Counted from the stretch's first letter, positions 26,701 through 41,700 are shown. The stretch is 64,000 bases of DNA from Chiloscyllium plagiosum (GCF_004010195.1 NC_057750.1:1922929-1986928), one strand, 5' to 3'. A program made the numbers and translations. Notes: generated by a model from the letters alone, not told the origin.

Positions 26701-29700
26701 GCACTATTCACAACTCTGCCTACCTTAGTGTCATCTGCAAATTTACTAAGTCATCTTCTACGCCCACCTCCAGATCATTTATAGAAATGATATACAGCAG
26801 TGGCCCCAAAACAGATCCTTGTGGCACACCACTGGTAACTGAGCTCCAGGTTGAACATTTCCCATCAACCACCACCCTCTGTCTTCTTTCAGCTAGCTAA
26901 TTTCTGATTCAAACTGCTAAATCACCTTCAATGCCAAACCTCCTTATTTTGTGCAATAGCCTACCGCGTGGAACCTTATCAAACGCCTTACTGAAGTCCA
27001 TATGTACCTCATCAACCGCTTTGCCCTCATCCACCTGTTTGGTCACCTTCTCAAAGAACTCAATAAAGGTTGGGAGGCACGACCTACCCTTCACAAAACC
27101 GTGTTGACTGTCCCTAAGCCAACTATTTCTCTCCACATGATTATAAATACTATCTTTTATAAACTTTTCCAACACCTTACCTACAACCAAAGTAAGGCTC
27201 ACTGGGGCCTATAGTTACCAGGGTTGTCTCGACTCCCCTTCTTAAACAACAGAACAACATTTGCTCTCCCCCAGTCTTCTGGCACTACTCCTGTCGACAA
27301 CGATGACATAAAGATCAAAGCCAAAGGCTCGGCAATCTCTTCCCTGGCTTCCCAGAGAATCCAAAGATAAATCCCATTTGGCCCCGGGGTCTTAACTATT
27401 TTCAGATCTTCCAAAATTGCTAAAAACTCCTCTTTGTCAACCTCAATCCCATCCAATCTTGTAGCCTGTATCTCCGTATTCTCAAAACATTGCCCTTTTC
27501 CAATGTGAATACTGACGAAAAGTATTAATTAAGCACTTCCCCTATGTCCCCAGATTCCACACACCACTTTTCACTACTATCTTTGATTGGTCCTAATCTT
27601 ACTTCAATTAATTTTTTTTTTTCCTGATATACCTACAGAAGGGCTTAGAATTTTCCTTGATACTATCCTATCCAACTTCTCATGTCCCCTCCTAGCTCTT
27701 CTTAGCCCTCTCTTCAGATCTTTTCTGGCTAACTTATAGCTCTCAAGCCCCCTAACTGAGCCTTCATGCCTCATCCTCAGAGAAGCCTTTCTCTTCTTCT
27801 TGACAAGAGCTTCAACCTCTTTAGTAAACCATGGCTCCCTCTATCGACAACTACCTCCCTGCCTGGTAGGAATATACTTATCAAGGACCCGCAGTAGCTA
27901 TTCCTTGAATAAGCTCCACATTTCAAGAGTGTCCATCCTCTGCAGTTTCCTTCCACATCCTATGCATCCTAAATCTTGCCTAATCGCATCGTAATTGCCT
28001 TTCCCCCAATTCTACCTCTTTCCTTGTGGTATATACCTATCCCTGACCATTGCTATTGTAAACATAATTGAATTATGGTCACCTACCTCCAAATCTAACA
28101 CATGACAGGGTTCATTCCTCAGTACTAAATCCAAAATGGCATTGCCCCTCATTGGCCTGTCTACATACTGTGTCAGAAAACCCTCCTGCACACATTGAAC
28201 AATGTAGTTTTGTGTCACCAGAAAACTTGGAAATACGACATTTCAAACTCACATCCAAATCATTTGTACAGATTACGAACAACTGTCATCCAACTGTTGA
28301 TCCATACAGTACCTCATGACGATCAGCCTGCCATCTTTAGAATACTCATTTTTCTGTTTGTGAAGCAATTCATAATCCATAGCAATATTTACTCCCCAGT
28401 CCCATCTGCTTAAATTTTGTTTACTAACGTCCTCTGTAGGACTTATTGAAAGCCTTCTAAAAATCCCAACACATCTCTGGTTCTCCTTTATCTATATTTC
28501 AAGTAAAACCCTCATTTCCACTATATACAAGTAAGCTTTTCAACAGGGTGATGATAAATAATGGTAAAGGTAGTTAGTGAAGAGCAAAGAATAAAATTCC
28601 AATTATGATGGTTCAGAACAAGCACTATGCATTTTCAAAGAAATGAACATGGCTGGTTACCAAAATATCTCCCCGGGTGTCGTGTAGACAATGCAGAGCT
28701 AATTCCAAATTGGTACCTCCTCCAGGCAGCACACTCGAACAAGCTAAATTCAACAGATCTGTCACTGCAGAAAAGTAAGTTAGAGAAAATCACCATAAGA
28801 AACTGAGCAATTTGAGTAGAAAATGCAACAGCGTCATCTGTAGTTTCGTCCCTCTCCACCCTCTATCAAAAGATGCTAAGTCCAACATCCACAAACACAT
28901 TTGCGCCCTCTATTGAATAATGGCCAGGAGCGAGATCTGATTTTCTAACTCTTCCCCAAGTCTCCTTTGTGTAGACATTAGTAAACAAAACGGACACAAG
29001 TGAAATTTTGGGGGAGTGCGGTTGGTCTGTTGTGTGGAGACGGTCATGAAGAGGCTTCAAATGAACCTTCCCACACCCATCCCATTCCTGCAACCAGTCA
29101 CATTTTACATTCTCCCCCACCAAAAAATTGTCAATGGGGAGCAACATAAAAATTCAGCCCACTGTTTTAAAAATTGAAATGCCTTAAAAATTTTGAGGGT
29201 GGGGGCTTGTGGCAGAGAATAAAATTCAGTTTTAAACAAAGCAGATTTTTAAAGCTACTCAGAGTTCACATTTCAAGACTTAAACCAGATGGACAAATAA
29301 TAAGTAAAAAACAAACAATAAACAGTAAGTTTTATTTTTTAAAATCACTTTATTCTCTACTGTGGTTATGATGAGAGTAATTCACACTCTCTGAATGATT
29401 AAAAATTGCAAGAATATTCCATAAGACTTTCCTTGGCCTAAATTTACAAATTTTCAGTTTTTAGTTTGGGAATAAAGAACTTGAGTATTGCTAAAACAAA
29501 TTTGTCAAAGCTTTTCATCTTATACTCATCATGACAATTCATAAGAATATCAAATTTTCCCCATACATTGTTATTTCATACAAATTGTATTGGTAAGTGC
29601 AAGACGAAAGGTTTTCACAAAATGCAACTTTTCTCAGAAATAATTTGTTAAATCATGTACTCACAGTTTGAGTTCCTCACATGACTACTCATTTGCAAAA

Positions 29701-32700
29701 GAATAATTTATAGCAGTTATAAGTCAAAACTTTCTGATCTGCAACAATACAGGATAGGATTTTCGTATTTATATCAAATAAGCTAACTACATCTAGCAGA
29801 GATTTCACGACAAACAGATTAAGGCAGCTAGCTTGAAACGCATGATCACAACATTTACTTCTGCTACCAGAACTCTAGCTTCACATCACCCGATGAGCTC
29901 AAGAAATTTTAAGAAAATACAAAATAATAATTTTTCAAAAGAAAAGAAATCTCAAACTTACCTCTCATCTGAGTGATTTTATTAGTTTCAATGTCATCCC
30001 ATGGTTTCCATACTAGATCTGCTTGGTGAACGCTATCATCAAGTAATGACTTGTCTTGCAATAACGGAATCTCTGCCTGGAACCGTGTTCCAATGTTAAT
30101 ATGCCTAAAGCAAGTTACACAGGATGAAATGAAAATTATGCTGGATCATAAGTGAATGAAATGGCCAATTGGAGAGAATGGAGAACTCTCAATCCTTCAT
30201 ACACAAAAATCCTAACCTCAACTAGCTTGCCAATGAGGAGACACCAAAGCAAGCAAATAAATCTCAGAATTCATTACTAAGGTTAGTATATTGTTTTCCT
30301 CTATCAATTAATGGGTATTGTAGTAGCTGTGGTACTATGTTGACTGTGTCAGTAGATCCATTATCCAGAGGTTAAAGGGATCCAGAGGTCTGAATTAATG
30401 ATCTAGTAAAATAAATTTAAATCCCATAGGGCTGCTGAGGAAGTTAGAGGCATAGAGATGTACAGAATGGAAACACTCTTCGGTCCAACCCGTCCATGCT
30501 AACCAGATATCCCAACTATCCCGGCCCATATCCCTCCAAACCCTTCCTATTCATATACCCATCCAAATGCCTTTTAATTGTTGCAATTGTATCAGCCTCC
30601 ACCACATCCTCTGGCAGCTCATTCCATACACGTACCACCTTCTGCGTGAAAAGGTTGCCCCTTAGGTCTCTTTTATATCTTTCNNNNNNNNNNNNNNNNN
30701 NNNNNNNNNNNNNNNNNNNNNNNNNNNNNNNNNNNNNNNNNNNNNNNNNNNNNNNNNNNNNNNNNNNNNNNNNNNNNNNNNNNNNNNNNNNNNNNNNNNN
30801 NNNNNNNNNNNNNNNNNNNNNNNNNNNNNNNNNNNNNNNNNNNNNNNNNNNNNNNNNNNNNNNNNNNNNNNNNNNNNNNNNNNNNNNNNNNNNNNNNNNN
30901 NNNNNNNNNNNNNNNNNNNNNNNNNNNNNNNNNNNNNNNNNNNNNNNNNNNNNNNNNNNNNNNNNNNNNNNNNNNNNNNNNNNNNNNNNNNNNNNNNNNN
31001 NNNNNNNNNNNNNNNNNNNNNNNNNNNNNNNNNNNNNNNNNNNNNNNNNNNNNNNNNNNNNNNNNNNNNNNNNNNNNNNNNNNNNNNNNNNNNNNNNNNN
31101 NNNNNNNNNNNNNNNNNNNNNNNNNNNNNNNNNNNNNNNNNNNNNNNNNNNNNNNNNNNNNNNNNNNNNNNNNNNNNNNNNNNNNNNNNNNNNNNNNNNN
31201 NNNNNNNNNNNNNNNNNNNNNNNNNNNNNNNNNNNNNNNNNNNNNNNNNNNNNNNNNNNNNNNNNNNNNNNNNNNNNNNNNNNNNNNNNNNNNNNNNNNN
31301 NNNNNNNNNNNNNNNNNNNNNNNNNNNNNNNNNNNNNNNNNNNNNNNNNNNNNNNNNNNNNNNNNNNNNNNNNNNNNNNNNNNNNNNNNNNNNNNNNNNN
31401 NNNNNNNNNNNNNNNNNNNNNNNNNNNNNNNNNNNNNNNNNNNNNNNNNNNNNNNNNNNNNNNNNNNNNNNNNNNNNNNNNNNNNNCTTTCCAAATACAT
31501 GTACATTCTGTCCCTCATGATTCTCTCCAACAACTTGCCCACCACCGAGGTCAGGCTCACCGGTCTATAGTTCCCTGGCTTGTCTTTACCATCCTTCTTA
31601 AACAGTGGCACCACGTTTGCCAACCTCCAGTCTTCTGGCACCTCATCTGTGACTATTGATGATACAAATATCTCAGCAAGAGGCCCAGCAATCACTTCTC
31701 TAGCTTCCCACAGAGTTCTCGGGTACACCTGATCAGGTCCTGGGGATTTATCCACTTTTAACCGTTTCAAGACATCCAGCACTTCCTCCTCTGTAATCCG
31801 GACATTTTGCAAGATGTCACCATCTATTTCCCTACAGTCTATATCTTCCATATCCTTTTAAACTTAGTTATGAAATTAATCTGCAATAAAGATTAATTGG
31901 GGGCAGCATGGTGGCTCAGTGGTTAGCACTGCAGCCTCAAAGCACCAGGGACCCGGGTTCAATTCCAGCCTCGGGTGACTATGTGGAGTTTGCACGTTCT
32001 CCCAGCGTCTGCACGTGTTTCCTCCAGGTGCTCCGGTTTCCGCCCACAATCCAAAGATGTGCAGGTTAGGTGAATTGGCCATGCCAAATTGCCCATAGTG
32101 TTCAGGGACATGTCAGTTAGGTGCTTTAGTCAGGGATAAATGTAGAGTAATGGGAATGGGTTTGGGTGGGATATTGTTCAGATGGTCAGTGTGGACTTGT
32201 TGGGCTGAAGGCCTGCTTCCAAAGGCCTGTACGGATTCTGATTCTAATTCTAAAAACATAGGCTAATGGGAAACCACTGATCTTTCATAAAAATCCATCG
32301 TCAATGTCTACTGAAAAGGAAGTCTGCCATCCTGACTGATATGCAACTCTAGACTTACAGATTTGCATCTGTCTCTGATATAAACTTGCTAGCCATTTAG
32401 TTGCACAGGCACAGCAGGCCACCTAACCCTTCAGGCTGTTCTGTCATTCCATGAGATCATATTTGGTCTGCCATCTAATTTTGCATATTCATTTTTGTCC
32501 CATAACCTTAATATTGTTAACAAAAAACTATCAAGCTCAGACTTAAAACTGATCGAGCATTAGTTGCCATTTGTGGAAAGAGTGCAGAACTTCTACCACT
32601 GCAAAGATTGCCTTTTATTGAACTGTCGATTTAAAAATGGGAGAAGATACTGTTTTAAACCAAGGAATGTAGAAGACTATGTTGCCATTTTAAAAGGAAG

Positions 32701-35700
32701 TTACTGGAACTCATGCTGAGTTGTGTATATAATCTTGCTTCATTAGGGACAATTTTTGTCCAATGAAAGACTTCTGGTTGGCTTTTCGACTAGGTCCAAT
32801 TGTGTGCATTCAGAAGTGCTCATCACAGTAACAATTTCTTGATTAGTTAGCTATTCACGTTATATATTAATGATTTAGGTGATGGAATTAAATGTACTAT
32901 CTTCAGATTTGTAGACAGCACAAAGCTGGGTGAAAGGGTGAATTATGAGGAGGATACAAAGATGATTCAGTGTGATTTGGACAAGTTGAGTGAGTGGACA
33001 AATGCATGTCAGATGAAATATCATTTGGAGAAATGTGAAGTTATCTACTTCCGTAGCAAACAGGAAAGCAAGTTATCATAATGGTGATGGATTAGAAAAG
33101 AGAGAGGTGCAACAACAACCGGATGTCCTTGTATATCAGCTGCTGAAAGTAAACATCTAAGCAGTAAAGGTGGGCAGTGGAATGTTGGCCTTTGTAGCAA
33201 AAGGATTCAAGTACAGCAGCAGGGATGTTTTGCTGCAACTGTACAGGGCCTTAGTGAGATGCCCTGGAGTACTGTATAGTTTTGGTCTCCTTATCTGAGG
33301 AATGATGTTAGCCAGGGATGGTGTGCAATGAAGGTTTACCAGACTGATTCCTAGGATTGCAGGAGTGACGAACAGAGAGAGACTGGATTGGTTAGGATTT
33401 TAATAAGGAGTTTATAAGAATAAGGAGAGGAATCTCATAGAAACCAAAAAATTCTAACAGGCCTAGACAGGATGTAGGAAGTATGTTTTCAACGACCGGG
33501 GAACACAGAACCAGGGGTCACAATCTAAGAATATGAGGTAAACCACTTGGGACTAAGAGGAGAAGTATTTTCACCCAGAGGATGGTGATCCTGTGGAACT
33601 CTCTGCCAGCACTGAGGCCAAAATATCAAACGTTTTCGTGAAGGAGTTAAATATAGTTCTTCGGGCTAAAGGGATCAAAGGGTATGGTGAGAAAGCTGGA
33701 CCAGGGTACTGAGCTGGAGGATCAGCCATGATCATATTTCATGGGTGCAGACTTGAAAGGATCGAAGGACCTACTCCTGCTCCTATTTTCTGAGTTTCCT
33801 GGGTCAGAAATATCTAGTGAAGGAGAAAACATCTCTCTCTCTTTCTCTCTCTTCCCCTCTCATACACATATAAGTTTGTGGGGTGAATTTGCAATTGCAG
33901 AATTACATTTTACTTTGTTCAAAAACTACATGAATCCATGTAAATCCGTTTTTTAGATTAGAATCAGTCTGACCATTGTGGCACAGACAGCCTCACAGAG
34001 AGTTAACACCTTCAAAACCTTATCTGGGCCGACATGACACCAATTGTTAAATTGCACGAGAATGTAACTTTTAAAACAAGTTTTGAGATTTACATATGAA
34101 AGAACTGAAACCAACATGGTCATTCTAAAAGATGAGAGACTTAACAAACAATCCGGGTATTATTCAATATATAATTTCAGTTACATCACACTGTAGATTT
34201 TTGCTATAAATTCTGTGTTTTACAATCTTATTCTCCACAATAACTTGCTGTAGGAGCACTGCTCCGAAAGCTAGTGCTTCTAAATATACCTGTTGGACTA
34301 TAAGCTGGTGTTGTGTGATTTTCAACTCTGGGAATAGGAGGCTTGATTTCGAATGTACTGTCCCTGTGTGTCATGATACAAATCGTCAATGTTTCCGAAT
34401 TTCACTGCTGAGAGAGCCATCCCTAATTTTCAAACAATGTCCTTTTAATCCTAGCCTGATCATTCAGCATCATAATCTAATCTCCTGAAGGGAAATTCAG
34501 GATGAGCAGTAAATTCTGACATTTACAATGAAGCCCACATTGGATAAATGAGCAATAGAATAGCTAACTGTCTTTGTAAATTAGGGTAGTGCATGTTAGT
34601 GATCAATTGAGCTGTAGGTGGTAGGAAAGCACTTTGAGCTTGACCATCCACTGAATGCAACCCTCCCACCCATCATCTACAAACACATTTTCTAATCAAG
34701 GTCTGATGGAAATTGGAACACTTGTTGATAGGAGTCAACGTTTTACAACATCTCTGCTAGTGTTTAACAACAAGTAAAAAATAAAGTCTTCACTCCAAAG
34801 ATACAAATCACAATAAAGCTTATAGTTCCATGTTCTGGAGAAGGGCCTGTGCCCGAAACGTCGAATCTCCTGTTCCCTGGATGCTGCCTGACCTGCTGTG
34901 CTGTTCCAGCAATAAAGTTTCAACTTTGATCTCCAGCATCTGCAGACCTCACTTTCTCCTCCATGTTCTGGAGAGTCAATGCTAGTAAAATAGTCTGAAT
35001 TTGAAAAACTAACTTACGGTTCTATGGTGACTATAGAGTCATCTTTAACCACAGAGATACCACAAATTCCATCTACACCATCTGTAAAGGAAAGAATTAT
35101 TTAAAGAATAATAGCAAGTTTAAATCTGCACACACAAAAACAAAATCAACAGATGTGTGCGTACTCATTACTTATATCCAAAAATGTCTAAAGGCTGGGC
35201 CCAGTCTTTTGCTACCAAGGTGGGTAGCTTGGATTGGGAAATTTCCTGGCTTGCAACACCTTAGAAAAAATGCTCAATTGTAGCAATTTTTGTTTTAATA
35301 TGGGAGAATCAAGTCCATACAAGTAGAAGCAGAAGTATGCCATTTGGCCCATCGAGCTTACTGTTGTTGCACTTAACTACACAGCTTAGACTCTCCCACA
35401 AATGGAAACTGCATCCCTGTCCTAGCAAGCCCCCTAAGAATCCTTTATTATTTCAACAAGATCTCCTCTCATTCTCCAATGAGAACAAGCCAAACTTTTT
35501 CGACCTCCCCTCATAAGAAAATCTTTCCAAATCCAGAATCAGCCTAGTGAACCATCTCTGGACTGCTTCTAATGCCAGTATATCTATCTTTAGATAAGGG
35601 GAACAAAATTGTTTACAGTATTCCAGCTGTGGTCTATCGGCCTTTCCCATTACCACTGAACATGGATACTATTCATGCATAGGGACCCCTATATCTGTTT

Positions 35701-38700
35701 CTGCAGTCTTTCCCCATTTAAGTAATATTTAACTATGCCAAAGAACATAGCCTTACACCTCTCACATTATATTTCATCTGTCAAGTATTTCTGCCCATTC
35801 ATTCAATCTGCCTATACCCGCTGTAGACTGGGTCCTCACTACTTGCCTTCCCAACTACTTTTGTATCATCTGTAAAGTTAGGGAGGTAAATTCACTTTCC
35901 TCATCCAAGTCATTAACACATATTGTAAATAACTGTAGCCTCAACACTGATCCCTGTGGTACTCTGCTAGCTACAATGTGATGTAAAGTTCCCTCCATCT
36001 TGCCACAAAGTGACTCAGCCCTAATGTTATTAAATGTCCACCTCCTCACCCAGAACCATCACTACCAGTGCAACATTAGTTCACTTCTTAAACAGAACAT
36101 CATGTAATTTCTTGGATGGAACAGTCAATTTAATGTTGACCTATTCAGTCCTTTTTCTCACCAAGCTCTGTAGGAATTGAAGTGAGCCTGCAAAGATTAA
36201 TTCCATTTAACACACTTAATTAGCATCAATATAAAACCAGAGACACGACATGGCACAAAGCTGCTTGCAATCTGTTGATAATTAACAGAAAATGGTACTC
36301 ATAAATTATGGATAATGATAATGTCCCACCGGGGGCAGTAGGGAGTGTTCTCATGTTGAGCTAAAAGAACTGAGTGATAAAACAGAGGGCATTATTATAT
36401 GCTATCCTTAACCTGTCCTATACCCAACTTGAAATGTTTAAAGTTGACCATGGATATCTGAAGTATTCCATTCCCCAGTACTCTCTTTCACATAGCATTT
36501 CTAAAATAAATTTAAGAGGTGTAATTTTTTTTTGCAAAAATAACACCTTGGATTGTTTTTATTTTTCTCAATGAGTTAATGGAATATCTGAGACCGCTTC
36601 ATGTAAAATTAATTTTCACCTATTTTACAATAGTTAACACTTAAGACATTCCTCACGAATTTAAACAAATTAATGAGTTTTGAGAAGATTTGCTCAGGTT
36701 GAGGTTCTGGATGTAGGTTTGCTCCCAGAGCTGAAAGGTTCATTTTCAGATGTTTCGTCACCATATTAGATAACATCTTTAGTAAGCCTCTGAAAATGAA
36801 CTTTCCAGCTCAGCGAGCAAACGTAATCAAATCAACTCAATTAAAATTGTATAAATTAAGTTTACACTAAAGTCTTAATAATGTATGATCAACAAAACCT
36901 TTATAATGGCATAACTGAAAAAAATGTTTACCTACAACACTGGCCAGAATTCCTTTAGGAGGGTATGTATTGTGTGATGCCTTACTCCCAGACAAAGAAC
37001 AGATCCTGTTGAAGTAAAGTCCTGAGCCATGACGGATGGGACTCAACATCGGGGGAGGTGTGTATGGCGGAGGTTGAAAGTTTTTCTCTAGAAGGTGATC
37101 TGCTAAACAAACAGGGGAACGCATATGGCTCTGATACAGTACCATCCCTGGCAGCACCCCAGTCTGATTTGATGCCGGTGATGGGATAAAGAGAGGGTCT
37201 GGACGAGATCGCTTCTTACGTTGCTTTTTGGAATTGCCTCTACAATTTACATTTGCTTGTTTGCCTGTTTCAGTGACCTGCAACAAACAATTCTTTAAAA
37301 AGTAACAGGCATTTGAAATTATAAATTTCCAAAGTATTCATGTTAATACAACACTGTCTGAATGTTGACCGACGTCACTACAAAATCATTAATGCAACAT
37401 AATTTACTGGCTCATAATAGAAGAGAAATTATGACTTGTACTATGTCAATAGATGTGAAGCTGGAAAAACACAGCAGGTCAGACAGCATCCAAAGAGCAG
37501 GAAAGTTAACATTTCAGGCAGTGCTTTTCCAGCTTCACGTCTATTGACTCTGGCTTCCAGCATCTGCAGTCCTTCCTGTCTCCGTGGATTGTACAGTGAT
37601 GAAACACCTATTTCATAGTACAATCGCAAGTCACTGAGAGATGAAAAAGAACATAAATGCTGGCAAACTGAAACCAAAGCAGAACTTCCCTCAACAGATC
37701 CAAAGAAGGGACTACATTTCAGAAGGAACCTTTCAACCAATAACTTGCTGCTCATGATCAGCTTCTTCTATTTTCATTAAGTGCTGCTTGGGTTATCATG
37801 CAATTTTATTAGTATGACTACGGCACCAAACAATTAGACAAGCCAAGACCATTCTCACCTGGGCAGAGCTGTCATTTGAAGATACTAATAGATCAGTCAA
37901 TTTTGTTGTGACTGACTTCCTTGGTGTAACTGGTGAAGTTTCAGATTTAACAGATGTGCCATCTTTCTTGGATTTTACAGGCACTGACACTGGAATCACT
38001 AACGGCACTGCCACATTTTCCTCAAGTGGCTTCTTTAGCAGAAGAGCACTGAGTTTATCCTCCAGATACTGAAAGAACAATCCACCATGTTCCATTTTCT
38101 CAATTCCATTATCAGTCACCTAAAATTAGAATTACAAAATAGTATTTGTCAAATTTCTTAGCAATAACCCACCAAAATATTCCAAGTTGATGATGATGAT
38201 GGTGTGTATATAGACTTAGGTGCCTCTGGCAGGGAAGCACAGAACATCCATCCCTAACTGACCCAAGAGGTGCTGGTTAGCTATTTTCTTGAACCACTGC
38301 AGTGATGTTTTAATAATGATTGACAACCCTCAGAGGCTTTCTAGCCCATTTAAGAAGGTAGGCAAAAGTCAATCACAATGCAGTGTGTCTGTGGTCAAAT
38401 AGAGGCCAGTTCTGTAAAGACAGCTGACTTTCTTCCCTAAAGGACATAAGCAGACCAGAATTTTTTTTAAAAATCACAATCTAGCGAATACAGGGGCAGC
38501 ATTACTCATTGAGAAGACATGGGATTCTTATTCTGACTTTTCTATTTAAATTTTCCAGATCTTTGGTTAGATTTGAATTGGCTTTTCAAACATTCAAGTT
38601 TAGTCCACGCCCCTAAAGTGTCTGTCCAGCAACATATGCATTTTGCTACCATGTCTCCAAATATCTAACAATACTCATAATATTTCAAATTAGTGTTCTA

Positions 38701-41700
38701 ATTGAGCAGGTCAAAAATTCCTCAGCCAGTGACAACCACACTCAAACACATGAATAAAAAAATTCACAGCTGCACATGTTTCTTAGAGGGGAGACGTGGA
38801 CCCCAGTAACAGAAGACAATTTTTTTTTGTACAGGGTTGGGGAAAAGTCGATTAACCAGTTGAGGTTATAAAATAATAACCTGGTCAGCTTTCATGACAT
38901 TTTTCCTGTTACCAAGTTCTCCTTTGGTCAAACTCTCAATCATAGCTTCTATGCAGTATCTATTATGCTATTAAATCAATGCATTGTGTTTCATGTGACT
39001 AACTGACAAGAGGCATTGCTTCCTCAACAGTAATTCTGTGACACAATCACAGCTGCAGCAGCACTCTTCTAAAGTCAAGAGAACTTCAGTATTTTCAGTA
39101 GCTACTGATCCACAGATTTATATGTACAGCAACACTTATGCACTGAGGGTAATTTGCTTCATTGTGACTTTCCAAAGTAGAATATATATAATTTTCCTAA
39201 CCTTTTGTGCCTTAACACCATCTTCCAATGAAAGCTGTTTTCCCATTCCTTCTTGTGGACAAGTGTGACAGTTTAGTCCTTTTAGAAAATGGAAAACACC
39301 TTGACACCTTTCACACCTGAAGTTTTCTTCATTTTCATCCAAATTATGGGAAGTGCTGCTACTCACCAAGTCCCTGCTGTTGATTGAAGATTATAAAGTC
39401 AAATAAAGTTAAAAAAAAAGACTCTTTAACACTGGAAGCCCCAAATACAAGGTTTGAAATGCAAAAATCAATCAGCATTTATGCTTTGTTGCCTTGCTTT
39501 TGCTATATTAAGATCTAGATTTTCTCACTCTGTTTGTCAAATTTGTGGCTTTCTGCACAAATTCTGAGGATTAGTACAAATGGAATAGCGCTGGGATCTT
39601 TCCGTACCAGTGCCTTCAGTGTTGTTGCTACATTGAAGGCACATGCTACATCCTGTGTATGCAGCAAGTAATGTATCCCACACATGTTGAATTATTGACA
39701 CCCTTCTCTGCATTCCTTTTATTTTCTAATCTCACCACATAACATTTCTGACTATAGGACAAGATCGATGATCTGCTTCCAAGTGTCCCATTTTACATTT
39801 GACAGTCCCTGGAGAGTCAACTGCCCTTTAATCAAAAAGATCAAGAGTGATCACAGTAAAATTAACAATTTATTATTTAGGGACATGAGTGGAAACCTGT
39901 ATGCGCTACTCAACAGTGCTCAACTCTTCCTTTCCCCAAATCAATGGAACCAAAATCAGATGATGTTCAGCCCTTCTGCATGTCTTTTACTAAAGGAAAA
40001 TTTCATACCACAGCACTGTTGATGATCCATCTGCCTCTTGTGGTATGCTGGAAAGACTGTAAATATCTTCATCCTGAAAAGTCAAAGCTCATTACAAACA
40101 AGACAACAAGAGTTATAAAAGTTCTTTAGGCTGGAATGTTTCAAATTTAGGAACGTATGCAGGATGTATGATTAAAAAAAGGTTTACATTGCTGGACTTT
40201 AAATGCTGCTCAGATATTTTATGTTATACAAATAAATATTTAAGATTTCAAGGTATTATTTATGGTCCCTAAAAGATGAGAATTAACATATTTCTGCCCA
40301 TGTAGAGGCAGCTATGCTACACCCAGCAGGGAGTGTGTTGAGAATTCTGTATTTTATCAATTTTTGTATTTGTTGACTTCAAAACACACTGTGTTCCCTT
40401 GCATGGTTTCTTTCAGGCAGCTAACAGTCTTTTGGAACTTAGGGCTGCGGATGGCAGAAAACATGGCAAAATTTACAGGAAGGCCCCTGAGCATGTCAAT
40501 ATTTTAATGGGCTCCCTACATAAAGGCTTCAAAACTGTTTTGAAACATTTTCCAAAGTTAAGACTTAAACAAAAAGGAAAGCATTTTATAATGTAATGCT
40601 AAGCAAAAACACAGTGTGGGTTTGCTCTGACAGAGTCTGTTTGTTGTCAATTTTCACACACACAAAAATATTCAACTTGTCTGACAGGGATGACAAGACA
40701 AAAGCCAGTCATCTCATGCCCGTTTAGGATGGCCGGAGTATTAGTTTCTACCCATCCCAGTCAGAGACTCCAACCCGTGAAGTTATTAAGAATTTATTTT
40801 AGAAACACAATCCGATTAGAGCCAGAGACTTTCAATTCAACTCATGGTCTGAATTCAGAGCAGGTTTGGCTCTGTTCGCTCAGCTTTACTTGCCATTACA
40901 TTTTACAAATCTTAACTTGAGTCTTCTCATGGACATGAACTGGAGTTGCTTTTATCGGATCCTTTGTACGTGCCCTAGCTCTTCTAGAATTGTAATGTAT
41001 TGTTCCACTGGCAGGAAGTTGCTGCTGTGTGCTTTAAAAGTTGGAACAAAGCATATTCATAATGGCACACATCCACCAGCAACAATTGTAAAACTACATG
41101 TCTGGGGAGATCAGCTTTTATTTTTGTGCAGGTTTTTTCAGTATCATTATTCATTTCTTTGGTTCGGATCAATATGCTTCTTTTGTACTGGTGTCATTCA
41201 CAACACTTCACCCAAGAAAGGCTGCCCAATTGACCCTTCCACAAAAAAAAATGGAGAATGCCCTATTCCAAACTTTGTCACCACCAGCAGTGCCTGTAAG
41301 CTTTTGCTCTTGCCCAGGATATATAACTCCCAGACCCGTGTACTCCCAAAAGTTGTAAAGCATTGCATTGATACCAGGCAGAAGAAGAAACAGTGGGAAG
41401 TGCCCTTCAGTGCATCAGCATTGTAGAGATACTCATAACAGCACTGCGTCTATAAGCAGCCACAAACTGCATTTTCCCCTGGTTGACAGTCAACATCACC
41501 TCACATGCTAGAAAATCCCCCAGTGTCAATATAACATGCAATGTTCCAGTGGGGATGAGTACTAAACTAGATCTTAAATCTAGTTCCTATTCATCTTGGG
41601 TTACATTTGGAGCTCTGCAATTGCCCTGGGTTAGGAAGAGGAAATATCAGTCTAAATTCCTGTTCCTGTCCATCATGTAGAAAGAAAGATGGGCTCAAAT

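Noticed and set aside
30496..31851. 387-aa and 392-aa ORFs
   Set aside because: Their length comes from translating through the N gap; the real parts are CR1 sequence.
40866..41700. 186-aa plus-strand ORF and a faint Gypsy-RT-like signal on the minus strand
   Set aside because: No recognisable domain in the ORF; the retroelement resemblance is too degraded to support without a profile search.
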